This document shows, in pieces, positions 1-9,968 of a DNA stretch of 64,000 nt. The stretch's first letter is position 1, and each line of letters starts with the position of its first letter. Origin of the DNA: Thermodesulfobacteriota bacterium (GTDB lineage Bacteria; Desulfobacterota_D; UBA1144; Nemesobacterales; Nemesobacteraceae). Under the pieces are notes generated by a model. That model made no database searches. It saw only the letters and a list, made by a program, of their open reading frames with translations, and had not been told where the DNA came from. The stretch spans positions 224,001-288,000 of the forward strand of contig OZ241855.1 of the NCBI GenBank assembly GCA_965202785.1, written 5' to 3'. The position numbers and the translations under genes were made by a program.

Positions 1-659
1 AGATAATCTGCCCCGAAGGAAAGAAGATAGTCCGCCTTGTCTATTCTGTAGGAAGGAATTTCGTCTCTTCCGAAAACAATTGAATTCGCCTTTCTGATGG
101 GTTCGTGGGAAAAAGTCTCGTAAACGTAATGCTCTCCCCCGAGGGGTTTCAGAAACTCGGCCACCAGCTTTGAGTAAGTTCCCGATATGTCGTTGCTCAG
201 ATAGACGATCTTCCCCGAACCGAGGGAATTTAATTTCTCCGCGAGCAGTTCTTCACCCCGCTTCCAGCCTATAGCTTCAAGCCTCTGGGTTTCAGGGTTG
301 CGTACAAGCGGGGAGCGGACCCTGTCGGGGTTGTAAAGGCCCTGTAGGGAAGCCTGGCCCATGGCGCATGTCTTACCCTTGTTTATCGGGCTATCGGGGT
401 TGCCTTCAACCTTTATGGCGCGACCCTCGCGGTTTTTCACTACAAAACCGCAACCGGATGAACACTCCCTGCAGGTCGTCGTATAGAACTTAGGAACTCC
501 GGGAATAACGTTTTCAGGAGGAATAACGTAAGGGATTATCTGCTCTACCGGCTCCGAGCAGCTTCCGGCAACAGCTGCCGTACCGCCCGCTACCCCGATC
601 ACTTTCAGGAAATCTCTTCTTTTCATCCCCTCTTTCCCTTTCTTTTCTTTCCCAGACAT
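1..659 (-). CDS. actB: Alternative complex III / Qrc subunit B (molybdopterin-oxidoreductase-like), N-terminal part, runs off the window
   Basis: Not in the ORF track. Manual translation from ATG at 659 (RBS GGAGGGG upstream): MSGKEKKGKEGMKRRDFLKVIGVAGGTAAVAGSCSEPVEQIIPYV...TTCRECSSGC...KVEGNPDSPINKGKTCAMGQASLQGLYNPDR. Has Tat motif RRDFLK and lies directly downstream of a pentahaem cytochrome. Confidence 0.85.
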   Translation of the reverse strand, partial: MSGKEKKGKEGMKRRDFLKVIGVAGGTAAVAGSCSEPVEQIIPYVIPPENVIPGVPKFYTTTCRECSSGCGFVVKNREGRAIKVEGNPDSPINKGKTCAMGQASLQGLYNPDRVRSPLVRNPETQRLEAIGWKRGEELLAEKLNSLGSGKIVYLSNDISGTYSKLVAEFLKPLGGEHYVYETFSHEPIRKANSIVFGRDEIPSYRIDKADYLLSFGADY

Positions 660-673
660 ATATCCCCTCCGGC

Positions 674-1306
674 CTAATAGTGGCAGGTCAGACAATCCTT
701 AAGTTCAGTCTTGTGCTGCTCGTCGTCAGCGTTTTCTTCATGACACGATATGCAGAACCCCATAGTCAGGTCCTTTGCCTTGTGCACCACGTCCATTTTC
801 TCAACTTCCCCGTGACAGGTACTGCACTCAAATCCGCGCTTTATGTGCCTTTTGTGGTTAAAACGCACAAACTCCGGCATTCCCGCGGAGGTCGTGCCGT
901 ACATTCCGGTAACCTTTACCCACGGTATCGGTTCCTGCCTTCGCCAGTAACCCTTTACCTTGTTTATCTCCTCTCTTATGTTGATCGTCTGCCCTCCCTG
1001 GGTGGTGTATTCAACGTCCCTTCCGGCAACATAGGAATGACATCCCATGCACTTCTGCATCGAGGGAATACCGGGATGGGGAGAAACTTCCGTGTAGCTG
1101 TGGCAGGTCTCACATTTTATCTGGTTGTCACCAGCGTGTATTTTGTGGCTGAAAAGAACGGGCTGCGCCGGCCCTTTGTCTCTGCTCTCGGCAGTTTCCG
1201 CGTGTAGGCAAAAACCCGCAGCGACAAATAAAACGGTTATAGCAATACGCAGGAATCTGTGTGTGTCTCTCTTCATCCTAAACTTGCTGAAAAACGGGTT
1301 ATTCAA
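674..1306 (-). CDS. actA: Pentahaem cytochrome c, ActA/QrcA-like
   Basis: Five CxxCH motifs (CETCH, CMGCH, CSTCH, CISCH, CLTCH), QPVLFSHKIH and FNHKRH motifs, N-terminal hydrophobic segment. Confidence 0.85.
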   Translation of the reverse strand: MNNPFFSKFRMKRDTHRFLRIAITVLFVAAGFCLHAETAESRDKGPAQPVLFSHKIHAGDNQIKCETCHSYTEVSPHPGIPSMQKCMGCHSYVAGRDVEYTTQGGQTINIREEINKVKGYWRRQEPIPWVKVTGMYGTTSAGMPEFVRFNHKRHIKRGFECSTCHGEVEKMDVVHKAKDLTMGFCISCHEENADDEQHKTELKDCLTCHY

Positions 1307-1446
1307 TCAGGAAGTAAATTTGATCGGCTAGTATTATTAGCAAGTTCTCTTAATCTGTCAAGAATTCAGAAACCGCGTTGGAGAAACCACGAAACTTTAG
1401 AGAGGAAAAGTTCCCGGCGACTGGTTACAACTCGAAAAAAATCACC

Positions 1447-2205
1447 TCACCACGATGCTTTCTCCGAGAGCCCCTCTAAAAAGGCATCCGCTGAGAATTC
1501 TCCCCCGAAAAGCGGGGAAAAACAGCCTTCCCCAATGCCCTTGAGTTCCGAAAAGGAGCCGCCTTCAACATCAAGCCCCGGCAAAAAGGGCAGCACCCCG
1601 AGTATGTTCACCGAGAAGACATCCCTCAGGACGGCCGGGTTGGTGGCTGAAGCCACGTCCGCGGGTCTCGGGAATCCGTTTATCACTACTCCGAGCACCT
1701 GTGCGCCCCTTTGCCTAGCGTATTCAAGTGAAAGGGCGGTATGGTTAAGGGTGCCGAGCCCCGGGCGCGCAACTATAATCATCGGGGCATCAAGATCAAC
1801 GGCAAGGTCAGCCATCATGTAGCTCCCGGTAACGGGCACGCAGAGACCTCCCGCGCCTTCAACGAGGGTTACTTCGTTTCGGGATATATAATCCCGCGTA
1901 TGTTCTATTATGTCCTCCAAGGGAATATCAACCCCTTCAATCCCGGCGGCACGATAGGGAGAGAGGGGAGCTTTCAGGCGGCAGGGAGAAACCTCGGACA
2001 GCACGCAGTCCCTTCCCAGGAATGCGTAGATGAATTCGGCGTCGCTCAGGCCTTCGAGCTCCGTTCCAGTCTGAAACGGCTTTATTGCTCCAGTCACAAC
2101 ACCTTTTTCCCAGAGAAGAGCCGCAAGCGCCGCGGTGACCGCGGTTTTCCCCACTCCCGTGTCGGTACCGGTTATGAAAACGGCTTTGGGAAGGTCTTTC
2201 ATCAA
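1447..2205 (-). CDS. bioD: Dethiobiotin synthase
   Basis: FITGTDTGVGKT P-loop, KPFQTG, VEGAGG, LGTLNHT. Confidence 0.95.
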   Translation of the reverse strand: MMKDLPKAVFITGTDTGVGKTAVTAALAALLWEKGVVTGAIKPFQTGTELEGLSDAEFIYAFLGRDCVLSEVSPCRLKAPLSPYRAAGIEGVDIPLEDIIEHTRDYISRNEVTLVEGAGGLCVPVTGSYMMADLAVDLDAPMIIVARPGLGTLNHTALSLEYARQRGAQVLGVVINGFPRPADVASATNPAVLRDVFSVNILGVLPFLPGLDVEGGSFSELKGIGEGCFSPLFGGEFSADAFLEGLSEKASW

Positions 2206-2221
2206 ATTCGCGGCAGGAAAA

Positions 2222-2680
2222 CTACAAACCCAGTTCTCTTACCTTCTCGGTTACCTCTTCAGCGTGAGAGGAGGTCTTCACCTTGTTCCAGATATGGGCT
2301 ATTCTGCCACCTTTCTCTATAAGGAAGGTGACCCTGCGGGCGCTATCGAACTTGCTTTTTACCCCGTAAAGATCCACTATCTCCCTGCTCTTGTCGCTCA
2401 GCAGCGGGAAATTGAGCGAAAGCTTGTTTCTGAAGTTCTCATGGGACTTTACCCCGTCTGTGCTTACCCCCAGGACCTGCACTCCAAGGGACATAAGTTC
2501 CTCCTCCGCGTCGCGAAGCGAGCAGGCCTCCTTAGTACAGCCCGGGGTGTTGTCTCTGGGATAGAAGTAAAGCGCCACGGTTCCTTTCGAGTAAAAGTCA
2601 CTCAGTCTTACCTTCTCCGCTCCGTAGGTTTCGGCTTCAAAATCAGGAGCCTGGCTCCCTATCTCAAGATTCTCTGCCAT
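2222..2680 (-). CDS. bcp: Peroxiredoxin, BCP/PrxQ family (copy 1)
   Basis: YFYPRDNTPGCTKEAC active-site motif. Confidence 0.93.
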   Translation of the reverse strand: MAENLEIGSQAPDFEAETYGAEKVRLSDFYSKGTVALYFYPRDNTPGCTKEACSLRDAEEELMSLGVQVLGVSTDGVKSHENFRNKLSLNFPLLSDKSREIVDLYGVKSKFDSARRVTFLIEKGGRIAHIWNKVKTSSHAEEVTEKVRELGL

Positions 2681-2716
2681 TTCTAACCTCCTTGGTCACG
2701 GCAGCAAAGCAGGTAA

Positions 2717-3040
2717 TCAGAACATTCCCAGACTTTCTTTTGCCGCCTCGCTCATCTTTCCCGGATCCCAGGGCGGATCCCACACGATCTCAACGTTTAC
2801 TTCTGAGACTCCGTCAAGTTCCTCGACAAGGTACTTGGCTTCGGCAACTATCTGCGTTGCGGCGGGACATCCGGGAGACGTCATGGTCATATCGATATTC
2901 ACCCGGGAACCTTCTATGGCAATACCGTAGACAAGACCCAGATTGACTATATCTATCGGTATCTCGGGATCGTATATGTCGCCGAGAACCTCCATCACGT
3001 CATCTTTTGTAACTTCGGATTTTTCAGTCGTCTCGCTCAT
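2717..3040 (-). CDS. Fe-S cluster assembly factor, DUF59/SufT/PaaD-like
   Basis: DPEIPIDIVNLGLVY, TMTSPGCP and WDPPW motifs. Confidence 0.9.
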   Translation of the reverse strand: MSETTEKSEVTKDDVMEVLGDIYDPEIPIDIVNLGLVYGIAIEGSRVNIDMTMTSPGCPAATQIVAEAKYLVEELDGVSEVNVEIVWDPPWDPGKMSEAAKESLGMF

Positions 3041-3071
3041 CGTAAAAAAGGCCCTTACTTAAAAAATATCA

Positions 3072-3326
3072 TTACCCGGCCTGCAACTCAACACCGCATC
3101 TGGGACAGAAGCCGTCAGACTCTCCGTATTCGTAGTATTCGCCGCAGTAAGGGCAAAGCTTTACTTTAGGCCTCGTGATGAGCCATAGCGGCAGAAACAG
3201 TATGAGGACGAAAAACACGCCGAGGAACCATAAAAACGCCTTCCCCGTGCTCTTGCCCCTGTTTTTCGCATCCGTATAAACCCAGAAAGCCGCTATAAAC
3301 GCGATTGCCAGTCCAAGAAATTGCAT
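3072..3326 (-). CDS. Small membrane protein with C-terminal zinc ribbon
   Basis: Two hydrophobic helices followed by CPYCG...CPRCG. Confidence 0.75.
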   Translation of the reverse strand: MQFLGLAIAFIAAFWVYTDAKNRGKSTGKAFLWFLGVFFVLILFLPLWLITRPKVKLCPYCGEYYEYGESDGFCPRCGVELQAG

Positions 3327-3371
3327 GGTAATCCTTATTCCCTATCGAAAATTATATGCTTTGTTCACCGT

Positions 3372-3836
3372 TCAAAGACCTAGTTCTTCTACCTTGCTGA
3401 GTATCTCTTCGGCATGGGACGAGGAATTAACTTTGCGCCAAATATACGCTATCCTGCCACCTTTCTCTATAAGGAAGGTGGTCCTGCTAGCAACGAAGGG
3501 GAAGAACTTCCATCTTACCCCGTAAAGATCCACTATCTCCCTTCTCTTGTCGCTCAGCAGCGGGAAGTTGAGCGAAAACTTGTCTCTGAACTTCTCATGG
3601 GACTTTATCCCGTCTGTGCTTACCCCCAGGATCTGCACTCCAAGAGACTCAAGCTCCTGCTCCGCGTTGCGAAGCGAACAAGCCTCCCTGATACAGCCCG
3701 TAGTGTTGTCCTTAGGATAGAAGTAAAGCGCCACGGTCCCTTTCGAGTAAAAGTCGCTCAACCTTACTTTTTCCGCTCCGTAGGTTTCGGCTTCAAAATC
3801 AGGAGCCTGACTCCCTATCTCAAGTTTTCTTCCCAT
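3372..3836 (-). CDS. bcp: Peroxiredoxin, BCP/PrxQ family (copy 2)
   Basis: YFYPKDNTTGCIREAC; closely similar to 2222-2680 at DNA and protein level. Confidence 0.93.
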   Translation of the reverse strand: MGRKLEIGSQAPDFEAETYGAEKVRLSDFYSKGTVALYFYPKDNTTGCIREACSLRNAEQELESLGVQILGVSTDGIKSHEKFRDKFSLNFPLLSDKRREIVDLYGVRWKFFPFVASRTTFLIEKGGRIAYIWRKVNSSSHAEEILSKVEELGL

Positions 3837-3892
3837 AACTGCTCCTTAATCTTGATGAAATCTTTGGTGAATTATCTATAATAATTCCCCCT

Positions 3893-4405
3893 CTATCCTA
3901 TTGATTTTATCACCTCAAGCGCCGCATTGTAATCCGGCTCGTTCACTATGTCTCCAACGTACTCAACGTGCTCGACCACGTTATCACGACCCACAACGAA
4001 AATCGCGCGGGCGAGAAGTCTGTTCTCCTTTATAAGCACCCCGTAGGCCTCGCCGAAAGAGGCGTGCTGGTAATCTGACGCCGTCCTCACCCTATCCACT
4101 CCGGCAGCCGCGCAGTAGCGGCTCTGTGCGAACGGAAGATCCACGCTCACCGTTATTATCTGGACCGAGTCAGAAAGCGCCGCCGCTTCCTCGTTGAACC
4201 TCCTGATCTGAACATCGCAGACCGGCGTGTCAACTGAAACCACAACGTTGAAAACCTTTACATCGTCTCCGAAACTCCCAAGGCTTACCTCGCTTCCCAA
4301 GGTTTCCACGCACCTGAAATCGGGAGCCGGGTCGCCTTTTTTCAGTTCAGGCCCGATAAGGGTAATCGGATTGCCTTTCATCTTTACCGCGTTGTCCCTT
4401 TCCAT
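3893..4405 (-). CDS. tpx: Thiol peroxidase Tpx
   Basis: SVDTPVC, SVDLPFAQSRYC, LARAIFV, EPDY motifs. Confidence 0.93.
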   Translation of the reverse strand: MERDNAVKMKGNPITLIGPELKKGDPAPDFRCVETLGSEVSLGSFGDDVKVFNVVVSVDTPVCDVQIRRFNEEAAALSDSVQIITVSVDLPFAQSRYCAAAGVDRVRTASDYQHASFGEAYGVLIKENRLLARAIFVVGRDNVVEHVEYVGDIVNEPDYNAALEVIKSIG

Positions 4406-4420
4406 TTGTCTTTTCCCTCC

Positions 4421-4747
4421 TTATGACTGTTTTTCGTCAATATCAAGATTTATTTTCCTAGCCGTTACGTTCGCATCATAAATGGATATCCCGGCAATGA
4501 AAAGCGTCGCAAGAGAATACCCCGCGACAAGAGTAAGCGTAGAGCTGGGAACATCTTCAAGCGTCTGGGTGTCCGCAAACTCAAGAAAAACCGCAAGCGG
4601 TTCGCGCGAAAGCATGTTCACGATGATTATGAGAGCGAATATCGAGATGGCCTTGGCAAATTGCCCGTTGTAGAGCTGTCCCAGTCCCGGGAAAAAAAGG
4701 GAAAGCAGAACTGCCAGCCAAGGTTTTTTTCTTCCTTCTCCACGCAT
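4421..4747 (-). CDS. Small membrane protein of unknown function
   Basis: LSLFFPGLGQLYNGQ motif and three hydrophobic segments; start at 4747 or 4771. Confidence 0.7.
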   Translation of the reverse strand: MRGEGRKKPWLAVLLSLFFPGLGQLYNGQFAKAISIFALIIIVNMLSREPLAVFLEFADTQTLEDVPSSTLTLVAGYSLATLFIAGISIYDANVTARKINLDIDEKQS

Positions 4748-4764
4748 GCTCCACAAGCACTCCA

Positions 4765-5538
4765 TCAGCAAAGAAAACCGCGAAGGGCCTCCCCGGGGCT
4801 CTCAGCTTTCATAAACGTTTCTCCTATAAGAAAAGTGTCTATACCGCAGGCCATAAGTCCTTCCATGTCCCTGACCGACGATATGCCGCTTTCGCTTATT
4901 ATGATTTTCCCTTCAGGCACCATGGCGGAAAGCCTCTTTGAGACGTCAAGCGAAACGTCAAATGTCCGAAGGTCCCTGTTATTTATGCCGATTATCTCGC
5001 TTCCTGCCAACAAAGCGGTCTCAAGTTCCTCCTCGCCGTGCACCTCCACGATGCAGTTCATCCCTAGGGAACGCGAGAGAGAAAGATATTCCTCTATCTG
5101 CCCGCGGTCCAGCACGGCGACTATAAGAAGCACGAGGTCGGCCCCGTGGCACCTTGCCTCATAGACCTGGTAGGGGTCTATGGTGAAATCCTTTCTCAGA
5201 ATCGGAAGCGCCGAGTGAGTTCTTATATCGGAGAGATAGGAAATGTCTCCCCCGAAGAACTTGCGGTCTGTAAGAACCGAAAGCGCAAAAGCCCCCGAGG
5301 CTTCATACTCCCGGGCAATAGAGAAATGATCGAAATCATCCCTTATGACGCCCTTGGAGGGAGAAGCCCGTTTTATTTCCGATATTATTTTCACCCCACG
5401 GGTCTTTGCGTGAAGAGCGGCAAAGTCAATTGCCGGGGGGCGGTCCGCGGAGGCGGAGGCGAGTTCTTCGAGAGGAAGCTTTTTTTTCGCTTCATCCAGT
5501 TCCTGCCTTTTATACGCAACTATATCGTTAAGAATCAT
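4765..5538 (-). CDS. trpC: Indole-3-glycerol phosphate synthase
   Basis: EIKRASPSKG, LRKDF, GINNRDL, SESGI; start trimmed to MILNDIV, which overlaps the trpD stop. Confidence 0.95.
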   Translation of the reverse strand: MILNDIVAYKRQELDEAKKKLPLEELASASADRPPAIDFAALHAKTRGVKIISEIKRASPSKGVIRDDFDHFSIAREYEASGAFALSVLTDRKFFGGDISYLSDIRTHSALPILRKDFTIDPYQVYEARCHGADLVLLIVAVLDRGQIEEYLSLSRSLGMNCIVEVHGEEELETALLAGSEIIGINNRDLRTFDVSLDVSKRLSAMVPEGKIIISESGISSVRDMEGLMACGIDTFLIGETFMKAESPGEALRGFLC

Positions 5539-6562
5539 TGGGCTGGTTCCGCTTGGTAATTTCAACGAGCATTTCAAGCTTTCCAAGGGCGGCCCCGCTT
5601 GAAAGAGAATCTTTGGCCAGAACGAGTGCTTCCGCAAGGCTCGCCGCCTTGCCCGAAACGTATATGGCCGCCATCGCGTTAAGCAGACTCGCGTCTGTTT
5701 TCGCCCCGTTCTCCCCTCCCCTCAGCACAGAAAGGGTTATCTCGGCGTTCTCAGCCGCGCTCGCGCCGCCCCTGAGTTCTTCCTGCGAGCGGGTTTTTAC
5801 GCCAAAATCTTCGGGGTGCAGATCATACTCGGCGATTTCGCCGTCGCGAAGTTCGGCCACTTTCGTGTCCCCCGTAACGGTTATTTCGTCCATGCACCCT
5901 TCACCGTGAACCACCATGACCTTTTGCGAACCCAGGTTCTTAAGCACCTCGGCAACGGGAACGAGAAGCTGCGGTGAGTAGACTCCCATAACCTGATTCC
6001 TCACTCCCGCGGGATTTACCACGGGACCTATCAGGTTAAAAACAGTCCTTATTCCGAGTTCCTTCCTGCACTTTGCTACATTTCTCATGGCGGGGTGATA
6101 CACAGGAGCGAAAAGAAAAGCTATGCCCGCTTCCGAAAGACATTTCTGCGCGAGAGACGGGGGAATGCCTATTTTCACTCCGAGCGCTTCCAGTACGTCC
6201 GCGCTTCCGACCGGGCTTGAAACCGACCTGTTGCCATGTTTTGCGACCGTGACTCCTGCTCCTGAGACTATGAAGGCAGCGGTTGTGGATATGTTAAAGG
6301 TCCCGCTTCCGTCACCGCCGGTTCCGCAGAGGTCCACTGCCGTTTCCCGGTCGCAGTCTATCTTTTCGGCCTTACCCAAAAGGGCCTTTGCCACGCCGGT
6401 TATCTCGGAAACGGTTTCCCCCTTCATGCGAAGCGCCGTAAGAAAGGCGGCCATCTGGCTTTCGGGAAGTTCCCCCTCCATCATAAGGTCAAAGACCGCG
6501 GTCACTTCTTTCTCCGAGAGATCTCCACCTTCCACAAGCTTAGAGATTACTTCAGTTATCAT
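5528..6562 (-). CDS. trpD: Anthranilate phosphoribosyltransferase
   Basis: DLCGTGGDGSGTFNIST, KHGNRSVSS, GSADVLEALG; start trimmed to MITEV. Confidence 0.95.
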   Translation of the reverse strand: MITEVISKLVEGGDLSEKEVTAVFDLMMEGELPESQMAAFLTALRMKGETVSEITGVAKALLGKAEKIDCDRETAVDLCGTGGDGSGTFNISTTAAFIVSGAGVTVAKHGNRSVSSPVGSADVLEALGVKIGIPPSLAQKCLSEAGIAFLFAPVYHPAMRNVAKCRKELGIRTVFNLIGPVVNPAGVRNQVMGVYSPQLLVPVAEVLKNLGSQKVMVVHGEGCMDEITVTGDTKVAELRDGEIAEYDLHPEDFGVKTRSQEELRGGASAAENAEITLSVLRGGENGAKTDASLLNAMAAIYVSGKAASLAEALVLAKDSLSSGAALGKLEMLVEITKRNQPNDS

Positions 6563-7007
6563 CGCCGAACTCGCCTCTTTCCATGCTTTTCCCAATCTTA
6601 TCGAGAATACCGTTTATAAACGCGGCGGAGGTCTCCGACCCGAACTCCTTGGCCACTTCGATCGCCTCGTTTATAGTAACAGGCAGAGGTATATCGCTCA
6701 AGAAGACGATCTCGTAAACCGAGAGGCGCAGAATGTTCCTGTCTATCGGGGACATTCTCGACACCCTCCAGTGCTCAGAATATCTGTTTAAGATGCCGTC
6801 TATGGACTCGATGTTCCCCACAACGCCCTGGCAGAGCAGAAACGCAAATTCAAGCGTTTCCCCGTCCGCCGCTTCGTGATGAAGCAAACAGAAAGATTCA
6901 AAATTGGAACGCAGGTTGGATGACTTTGGGGAACTTTCCCCGGAGGCTGAATCAACCTGATAGAGAAACTGAAGGGCGGTTTTCCTGGATGACCTTCTCT
7001 TCCCCAT
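6552..7007 (-). CDS. nusB: Transcription antitermination factor NusB
   Basis: RRSSRKTALQFLYQ, DRNILRL, INEAIEVAKEFG, FINGILD; follows ribH. Confidence 0.95.
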   Translation of the reverse strand: MGKRRSSRKTALQFLYQVDSASGESSPKSSNLRSNFESFCLLHHEAADGETLEFAFLLCQGVVGNIESIDGILNRYSEHWRVSRMSPIDRNILRLSVYEIVFLSDIPLPVTINEAIEVAKEFGSETSAAFINGILDKIGKSMERGEFGDDN

Positions 7008-7017
7008 CTGGTAAATC

Positions 7018-7485
7018 TTAGGAAAGCGCTTTTACGAGATTAACCATCTCAAGCGCGCTAAGTGCGGCCTCGCTTCCCCTGTTTCCCGCCTTAACCCCTG
7101 CCCTTTCAATGGCCTGCTCGGTGGTTTCAGTGGTTATTATGCCGCAGCAGACGGGCACTCCGGTTTCAAGAGCCACCGCTGAGAGATCCTTTGTCACCTG
7201 CGAAGCGAGAAAATCAAAATGGGAAGTCTGCCCCCTTATTATGGCTCCAATCGCCACGACGGCATCGTATTTTCCTGACAGTGCCGCCTTTTTCACCGCC
7301 AAAGGCACCTCAAAAGAACCCGGCACCTTTATCACGTCTATTGACCTCTCCGCCGCGCCGTGACGAACGAGGGTATCGATCGCTCCCTCCGTCATGGGGT
7401 TCGTGACGAAACTGTTGACCCTGCTTGACACGATGGCGAAGCGGAATTTCCCGGCGCTCAGTTTTCCTTCTATCGTTTCAGGCAT
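7018..7485 (-). CDS. ribH: 6,7-dimethyl-8-ribityllumazine synthase
   Basis: VPGSFEVP, GAIIRGQTSHFD, EQAIERAG. Confidence 0.95.
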   Translation of the reverse strand: MPETIEGKLSAGKFRFAIVSSRVNSFVTNPMTEGAIDTLVRHGAAERSIDVIKVPGSFEVPLAVKKAALSGKYDAVVAIGAIIRGQTSHFDFLASQVTKDLSAVALETGVPVCCGIITTETTEQAIERAGVKAGNRGSEAALSALEMVNLVKALS

Positions 7486-7496
7486 TTGCTCCCCTC

Positions 7497-8726
7497 TTAC
7501 TTTGATATTGACACAATATTACCGTAATCAGTGCTTTTTCCCATTGCAATTTCCTTTTCCGTGTAATCCGAGATATCTATGGGAACGCTCCCGACCATTC
7601 TGAGCCCGAATCCCTCAAGCCCCTTTACCTTTATTGGATTATTAGTGAGAAGCCGTATGTCACGCACTCCAAGATCTCTGAGTATCTGGGCTCCCACTCC
7701 GTAATGCCTGAGTTCAGCCTTGAGTTCCTGTCTCTCCGGAACAAGCGTGGGCATCTCCTTTATCTTTCCGTTTGAATAGCGATTTATCTTTTTCGCGAAT
7801 CCCCCGTTGCTTGACTCCTGGTTTATGTAGACGAGAACCCCGGAGCCGTTTGCCTCTATCATCTTCAGGGACTGGGTAAGCTTCGCCCTGCTGTGGCAGT
7901 AAAGAGAACCGAAAATGTCGCTTATGGCGCAGTCGGAATGCACCCTGACGAGTGTCCCCTCCTCGGGGCTTAGTTCCCCTTTCACAAAGGCCATGTGCTG
8001 AAGGCCGTCTATTTCATTTTCAAACGCGATAGCACGGAAAACCCCGTATTCGGTAGGCACTTCCGCCTCGGCCACCCTGCGCACGAAGCTCTCCTTGCCT
8101 ATCCTGTATCTTATGAGATCGGCTATAGTGGCGATCTTTATGCCGTGCTTCTTCGAGAAAACCATCAGATCCTCAAGACGCGCCATGTCGCCGTTTTCCT
8201 TCATTATCTCGCAGATAACCGACGCCGGGTGAAAACCCGCCAGCCTTGATATGTCGACCGAGCCTTCCGTGTGGCCGGCGCGGACAAGCACCCCGCCCTT
8301 TTTCGCTATAAGCGGAAAAATATGTCCGGGACGCACGAAATCCTCAGGTCTTGAATCCCGGGATATCGCCTGTCTTATCGTTGAGGCCCTGTCATGGGTC
8401 GATATGCCGGTCGTAACTCCCTTTTTCGCATCTATGGGAACGGTGAAAGCCGTGTGTTCGGGAGCTTCGTTGTACTCGGGTTTTATAGGCTGAAGAGCCA
8501 GGCGGTCTGCGTCTTCCTGAGTAAGGGAGAGACAGATAAGGCCACGGCCGTGAGTAGCCATGAAATTGATCACTTCCGCGCTAGCGTTTTCGGCGGGTAT
8601 GACGAAATCCCCCTCGTTCTCCCTGTCTTCGTCATCGACCAGTATTACGAGTTTGCCCTGTTTTACGTCATCAATAATTTCTTCGATGGAGTTCATCTTC
8701 CCATATGCCCTTGCGTTGCGAAACAC
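7497..8726 (-). CDS. ribB: DHBP synthase fused to a degenerate GTP cyclohydrolase II-like domain (RibBX-type)
   Basis: Intact DDEDRENEGD, GLIC and GHTE motifs; C-terminal RibA-like domain with altered zinc site. Confidence 0.88.
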   Translation of the reverse strand: MFRNARAYGKMNSIEEIIDDVKQGKLVILVDDEDRENEGDFVIPAENASAEVINFMATHGRGLICLSLTQEDADRLALQPIKPEYNEAPEHTAFTVPIDAKKGVTTGISTHDRASTIRQAISRDSRPEDFVRPGHIFPLIAKKGGVLVRAGHTEGSVDISRLAGFHPASVICEIMKENGDMARLEDLMVFSKKHGIKIATIADLIRYRIGKESFVRRVAEAEVPTEYGVFRAIAFENEIDGLQHMAFVKGELSPEEGTLVRVHSDCAISDIFGSLYCHSRAKLTQSLKMIEANGSGVLVYINQESSNGGFAKKINRYSNGKIKEMPTLVPERQELKAELRHYGVGAQILRDLGVRDIRLLTNNPIKVKGLEGFGLRMVGSVPIDISDYTEKEIAMGKSTDYGNIVSISK

Positions 8727-8799
8727 ATCTTAAACACAAACAATTTCTTTAAGCAGGATATAGAATAGACAGCGTCTCTGTCAACAAACACGCGGAGCT

Positions 8800-9843
8800 T
8801 TAAGTACGGAAAAGACCAACCTTCTCCTTTATCTCTTCCATGTTCTCTTCGGCTATCCGTTTCGCCCTGAGGGTTCCCTCGCGGAGTATGTCCCTTACCT
8901 CGTCCGTCCTTTTTTCATACTGCGCCCTTTTTTCCCTGATGGGTTCAAGGAGAAGATTTATGGCGCGGGCGAGTTTCTTCTTCACTTCTACATCCCCAAC
9001 GTTTCCTGTTCTGTAGCGGTCTTTGAGATCCTCTATCTCCTCGGTATCGTCGTTGAAAAGATCGTGGTAGATAAAAACCGGGTTGCCTTCCACGGTGCCC
9101 GGTATGTCGGCCCTTATTCTCTTCGGGTCGGTATACATGCTTCTTACTTTGCGCTCAACTTCCTTTTCGCTGTCGCTGAGGTATATGCAGTTGTTAAGAC
9201 TCTTGCTCATCTTCCTGTTCCCGTCGGTGCCTACGAGGCGAGACGCTTCGCTGATGAGCGGTTCAGGCTCCCCGAAGTAATCGCCGTAGAGAAAATTAAA
9301 CCTCCTGGCAAGCTCCCTCGTGAGTTCCACGTGACTCAGCTGATCCTCGCCCACGGGAACCTTGGTCGCCCGGAACATCAGTATGTCGGCCGCCATTAGC
9401 ACGGGGTATCCGAGAAGCCCGGCAGAGTAATTGTCCCCCACTCCCATATCCTGAATTTTCTCCTTAAGGGTGGGGATTCTCTGGAGTCTCGGCACGGGAC
9501 AAAGCATCGAGAGTATGGTTGAGAGTTCGGTTATCTGAGGCACCTGGGACTGGACATAAAAAACCGAGCTCTCCGGGTCCATTCCCACAGAAAGCCAGTC
9601 GCATACCATTTCGATCGTGTTTTCCTCAACCTCAACAGCCCTGTCGTAATGCGTGGTCAGCATGTGGAGGTTGGCAACCAGAAAAAAGCAGTCGTATTCG
9701 CTCTGAAACCTGATGCGGTTTTGAAGCGAACCCACAAGGTGTCCCAGATGAAGCTTCCCCGTCGGCCTGTCGCCGGTAACCAGAATGGGTCTTGAGCTCA
9801 CTTTAACCTCCGAAAATCGATGCGTGGCGGTAATGTTACTCAA
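8800..9843 (-). CDS. trpS: Tryptophan--tRNA ligase
   Basis: [25 protein letters not shown]. Confidence 0.96.
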   Translation of the reverse strand: MSNITATHRFSEVKVSSRPILVTGDRPTGKLHLGHLVGSLQNRIRFQSEYDCFFLVANLHMLTTHYDRAVEVEENTIEMVCDWLSVGMDPESSVFYVQSQVPQITELSTILSMLCPVPRLQRIPTLKEKIQDMGVGDNYSAGLLGYPVLMAADILMFRATKVPVGEDQLSHVELTRELARRFNFLYGDYFGEPEPLISEASRLVGTDGNRKMSKSLNNCIYLSDSEKEVERKVRSMYTDPKRIRADIPGTVEGNPVFIYHDLFNDDTEEIEDLKDRYRTGNVGDVEVKKKLARAINLLLEPIREKRAQYEKRTDEVRDILREGTLRAKRIAEENMEEIKEKVGLFRT

Positions 9844-9968
9844 ACAGCGAAGATACTCAACATGAGGTACGGGATTAGGGGCCGTCGGCCCAGGCTCCTG
9901 TCAGATTCCTGCAGGAAATAAAATCCCGCCACGCCGAAACCGAAGACCTCACCGGCCCGATTACATCA

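Noticed and set aside
3866-3889. Partial match to the cassette end (GGTGAATT-N8-TAATTCCC)
   Set aside because: Only 5/8 in one arm and no partner end found.
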